This document shows positions 61,872-64,000 of a DNA stretch of 64,000 nt, in pieces (the stretch's first letter is position 1; every line of letters begins with the position of its first letter). Source of the DNA: an uncultured virus (IMG/VR IMGVR_UViG_3300032270_000884) (Duplodnaviria; Heunggongvirae; Uroviricota; Caudoviricetes); the IMG/VR virus record IMGVR_UViG_3300032270_000884; one strand, written 5' to 3'. Under the pieces are notes generated by a model, which did not search any database, was not told where the DNA came from, and saw only the letters and a program-made list of their open reading frames with translations. A program made the position numbers and the translations under genes.

Positions 61872-64000
61872 CTGAACGCTTCACGTCCATTCGCAATACT
61901 AAGACGGTACTTTAAGAAGCTAAACTTACTAATAGGTACAGGAATGATATTCCTAGTGCTTACTGTGATGTCCCCTGCACAGGCGGATCAACCCACCGAG
62001 ACTTCTCAGCCACCTGTCGATCCGACTCCCGGTTCAAGTCAGACAAGTGATCAGGGTTCAACAACCCAGCCTGATACAACTTCCACGTCTTCGCCCTCGG
62101 GTAATCCTGTTGTCCAGACACAATCCGATCCACAGTCTCAGACGCCCACTTCTGGTTCTTCTCAGCAATCCGATCCAAATCAATCTGGTACATCTGGTTC
62201 TTCGACTTCAAGTTCTTCATCTCCTGCTCAGACTTCTCCAGAGCCTCAACCATCCCCTTCGCCGACTCCAACAAGTTCTGATTCTGGCGTAAGCGGTTCT
62301 CAGTCTGTTCAATCAACCACTCAAGATCCTTCACCTGCGCCCGTGCAACCGACAGGGCCAACAACAGATTCTCCAACAGTTACCTCCATTCAAACAAAGA
62401 TAGACAGTGCAACTGTAACATTGACAACATCTGTGAGCGCCGCAAATCCTACAGCAGTTTTAGAAGCAACAGTACAAGTCACAGAAGCACAGACAGCAAT
62501 TACAACCGCTCAAACAGCCTTGTCTACAGCCACTACAGCAGTCGCAGCCGTAGATACTCAAACAGCAGTAGTAACGCAAGCCGTTACTAACGTAGATTCA
62601 GCTACAGTAGTAGTGGCTACAGCAACTACAAACTTAAGTAATGCTCAAGCTGATCTCTCTACAGCTCAAACAGTAGCAACAACAGCTCAGGCTGCTGCTG
62701 ATGCCTCAGGCGTTATTACAACCGCACCTGGTCTTGCTGTAAAGGTTTATAACGTTCAAGGTCAAAATAATGCTCCAGTATTACCACAAGGCGCAACACC
62801 TATCCACACAGCAGTTGACACTAACGGTATCAATGAAAACTGGGGAAGCGGTAACGTAGCTGGTTCTAATCGTTCAGAGGATGTAATTGTTACTTATGAA
62901 GGACAAGTTACTGCACCAAATGGTGTTAATAGCATTCGTTTTTTAACTTACTCTGATGACGGAGCAAGAATCTATATAGATAACGTACTAGTAGTTGATA
63001 GATGGGTGGACCAGGGGCCTACCTGGAGCACCGCAAGTCAGTGGCTTGATTTTACTAACGACAGAACTAAAGACATTGCAGTGTGGTATTACGAAAATGG
63101 TGGTGGTGCAACCCTTCATTTAGGTTGGCAACACAGCGGTATTCATACTGGCGTAGGCGCTGAGTACTTATCACATACAACAACTACTCAAGACCCAGCA
63201 TTAGTTGCTGCTGCTGCTACAGCAGTTGCTGCTGTGCCTGTAGCAGAAGCAGTTGTTACAGATAAGACGCAAGTGAAAGAAGTAGCAGAGACAGAACTTG
63301 CAACAGCTCAGACCACATTAACAACAGAGACTCAAACATTAACTACCCTCCAATCAACGGCTAGTACGGCACTTACTACAGCAAATGAATTAGCAAACAC
63401 GGCTACTACAAAAGTAGTTACTGCTGTTTCCGCAATTCAAGCGTACGTTCCACCCGCACCCGCACCAGAGCCTGCACCAGAGCCTGCGCCTGCGCCGCAG
63501 CCAACCCCAACGCCTGCGCCTGAACCTGCGCCTGTGCCAACACCTGCTCCTGAGCCTGCTCCAGAGCCAACACCTGCGCCCGAGCCTGCTCCAGAGCCGA
63601 CTCCAGAGCCTGAACCACCTGTGGCAATTCCTGATCCTGAACCGACACCTACTGAGCCACCCACAGAAGAGCCATTACCACCCACAGAACCCCAACCAGA
63701 ACCGGTAGAGCCTGAAGCGCCACCCGTAGAGCCCGAGGCGCCTCTGGAACCTTCCATACCCGAGGAACCAGCACCAGAACCAGAGTCACCAGCGCCAGAG
63801 CCAGAAAATCCGTCAGAAGAATCACAACAACCTCCAATTGAGGAACCACCAGCAGAAGAACCTCCTGCTGAAGAACCGCCTGCCGAGGAACCTCCCGCTG
63901 AGGAACCACCTGCGGAAGAATCTACACCACCAGAAGAACCACCTGCAACTCCTGAAGAAGCAGTTGCAGAGTCTGTAGACGAGGCACTTTCTGATGGAAA
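61872..64000 (+). CDS. large secreted/surface protein with PA14 domain and Pro/Glu repeats (runs off window)
   Basis: absent from the track because it has no stop; signal peptide ...RRYFKKLNLLIGTGMIFLVLTVMSPAQA; PA14 motifs INENWGSG, SDDGARIYID, YYENGGGA; (PEPA)n and (EEPPA)n. Confidence 0.85.
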   Translation, partial: MNASRPFAILRRYFKKLNLLIGTGMIFLVLTVMSPAQADQPTETSQPPVDPTPGSSQTSDQGSTTQPDTTSTSSPSGNPVVQTQSDPQSQTPTSGSSQQSDPNQSGTSGSSTSSSSSPAQTSPEPQPSPSPTPTSSDSGVSGSQSVQSTTQDPSPAPVQPTGPTTDSPTVTSIQTKIDSATVTLTTSVSAANPTAVLEATVQVTEAQTAITTAQTALSTATTAVAAVDTQTAVVTQAVTNVDSATVVVATATTNLSNAQADLSTAQTVATTAQAAADASGVITTAPGLAVKVYNVQGQNNAPVLPQGATPIHTAVDTNGINENWGSGNVAGSNRSEDVIVTYEGQVTAPNGVNSIRFLTYSDDGARIYIDNVLVVDRWVDQGPTWSTASQWLDFTNDRTKDIAVWYYENGGGATLHLGWQHSGIHTGVGAEYLSHTTTTQDPALVAAAATAVAAVPVAEAVVTDKTQVKEVAETELATAQTTLTTETQTLTTLQSTASTALTTANELANTATTKVVTAVSAIQAYVPPAPAPEPAPEPAPAPQPTPTPAPEPAPVPTPAPEPAPEPTPAPEPAPEPTPEPEPPVAIPDPEPTPTEPPTEEPLPPTEPQPEPVEPEAPPVEPEAPLEPSIPEEPAPEPESPAPEPENPSEESQQPPIEEPPAEEPPAEEPPAEEPPAEEPPAEESTPPEEPPATPEEAVAESVDEALSDG

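Noticed and set aside
61960..63909. Minus-strand ORFs 61960-62376, 63418-63648, 63437-63757 and 63649-63909
   Set aside because: Shadows of the low-complexity + strand PA14 protein

Overview
This window is a 64-kb internal segment of a large, apparently lytic myovirus with a contractile tail. WhiB, a DUF4192-like gene, leaderless TANNNT promoters and CRP/GlxR-type boxes point to an actinobacterial host; a freshwater host is inference only. Layout: (1) 1-19.3 kb (+): tail fibre, glycosyltransferase, neck, sheath, tube, chaperone, tape measure-M23 and baseplate. (2) 19.4-35 kb (+): replication and recombination (initiator, DnaC, DnaB, primase, dNMP kinase, SNF2 helicase, SSB, PolA, RecA, two resolvases, WhiB, Cas4-like nuclease). 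(3) 35-47 kb (+): accessory genes (SpoVS, metallophosphoesterase, small basic proteins, Ntn protease, nucleotidyltransferase-HAD-TGT-like trio, class II RNR). (4) 47-58 kb (-): a three-piece C5 methyltransferase and an array of short gene cassettes. (5) 58-64 kb (+): small basic and Cys-rich proteins and a truncated secreted PA14 protein. The most striking unexplained structure is the 50-57 kb cassette array. Each unit carries a terminator, a + strand G-T-wobble hairpin ending in GGGnGGGnGGG followed by an invariant CCAACACAAACA, a TGTGA-N6-TCACA box, a sigma70-type promoter and a GGGCTAA leader motif. No capsid, terminase, integrase, tRNA or CRISPR array was recognised. All product calls come from motif recognition by eye; no database search was run.
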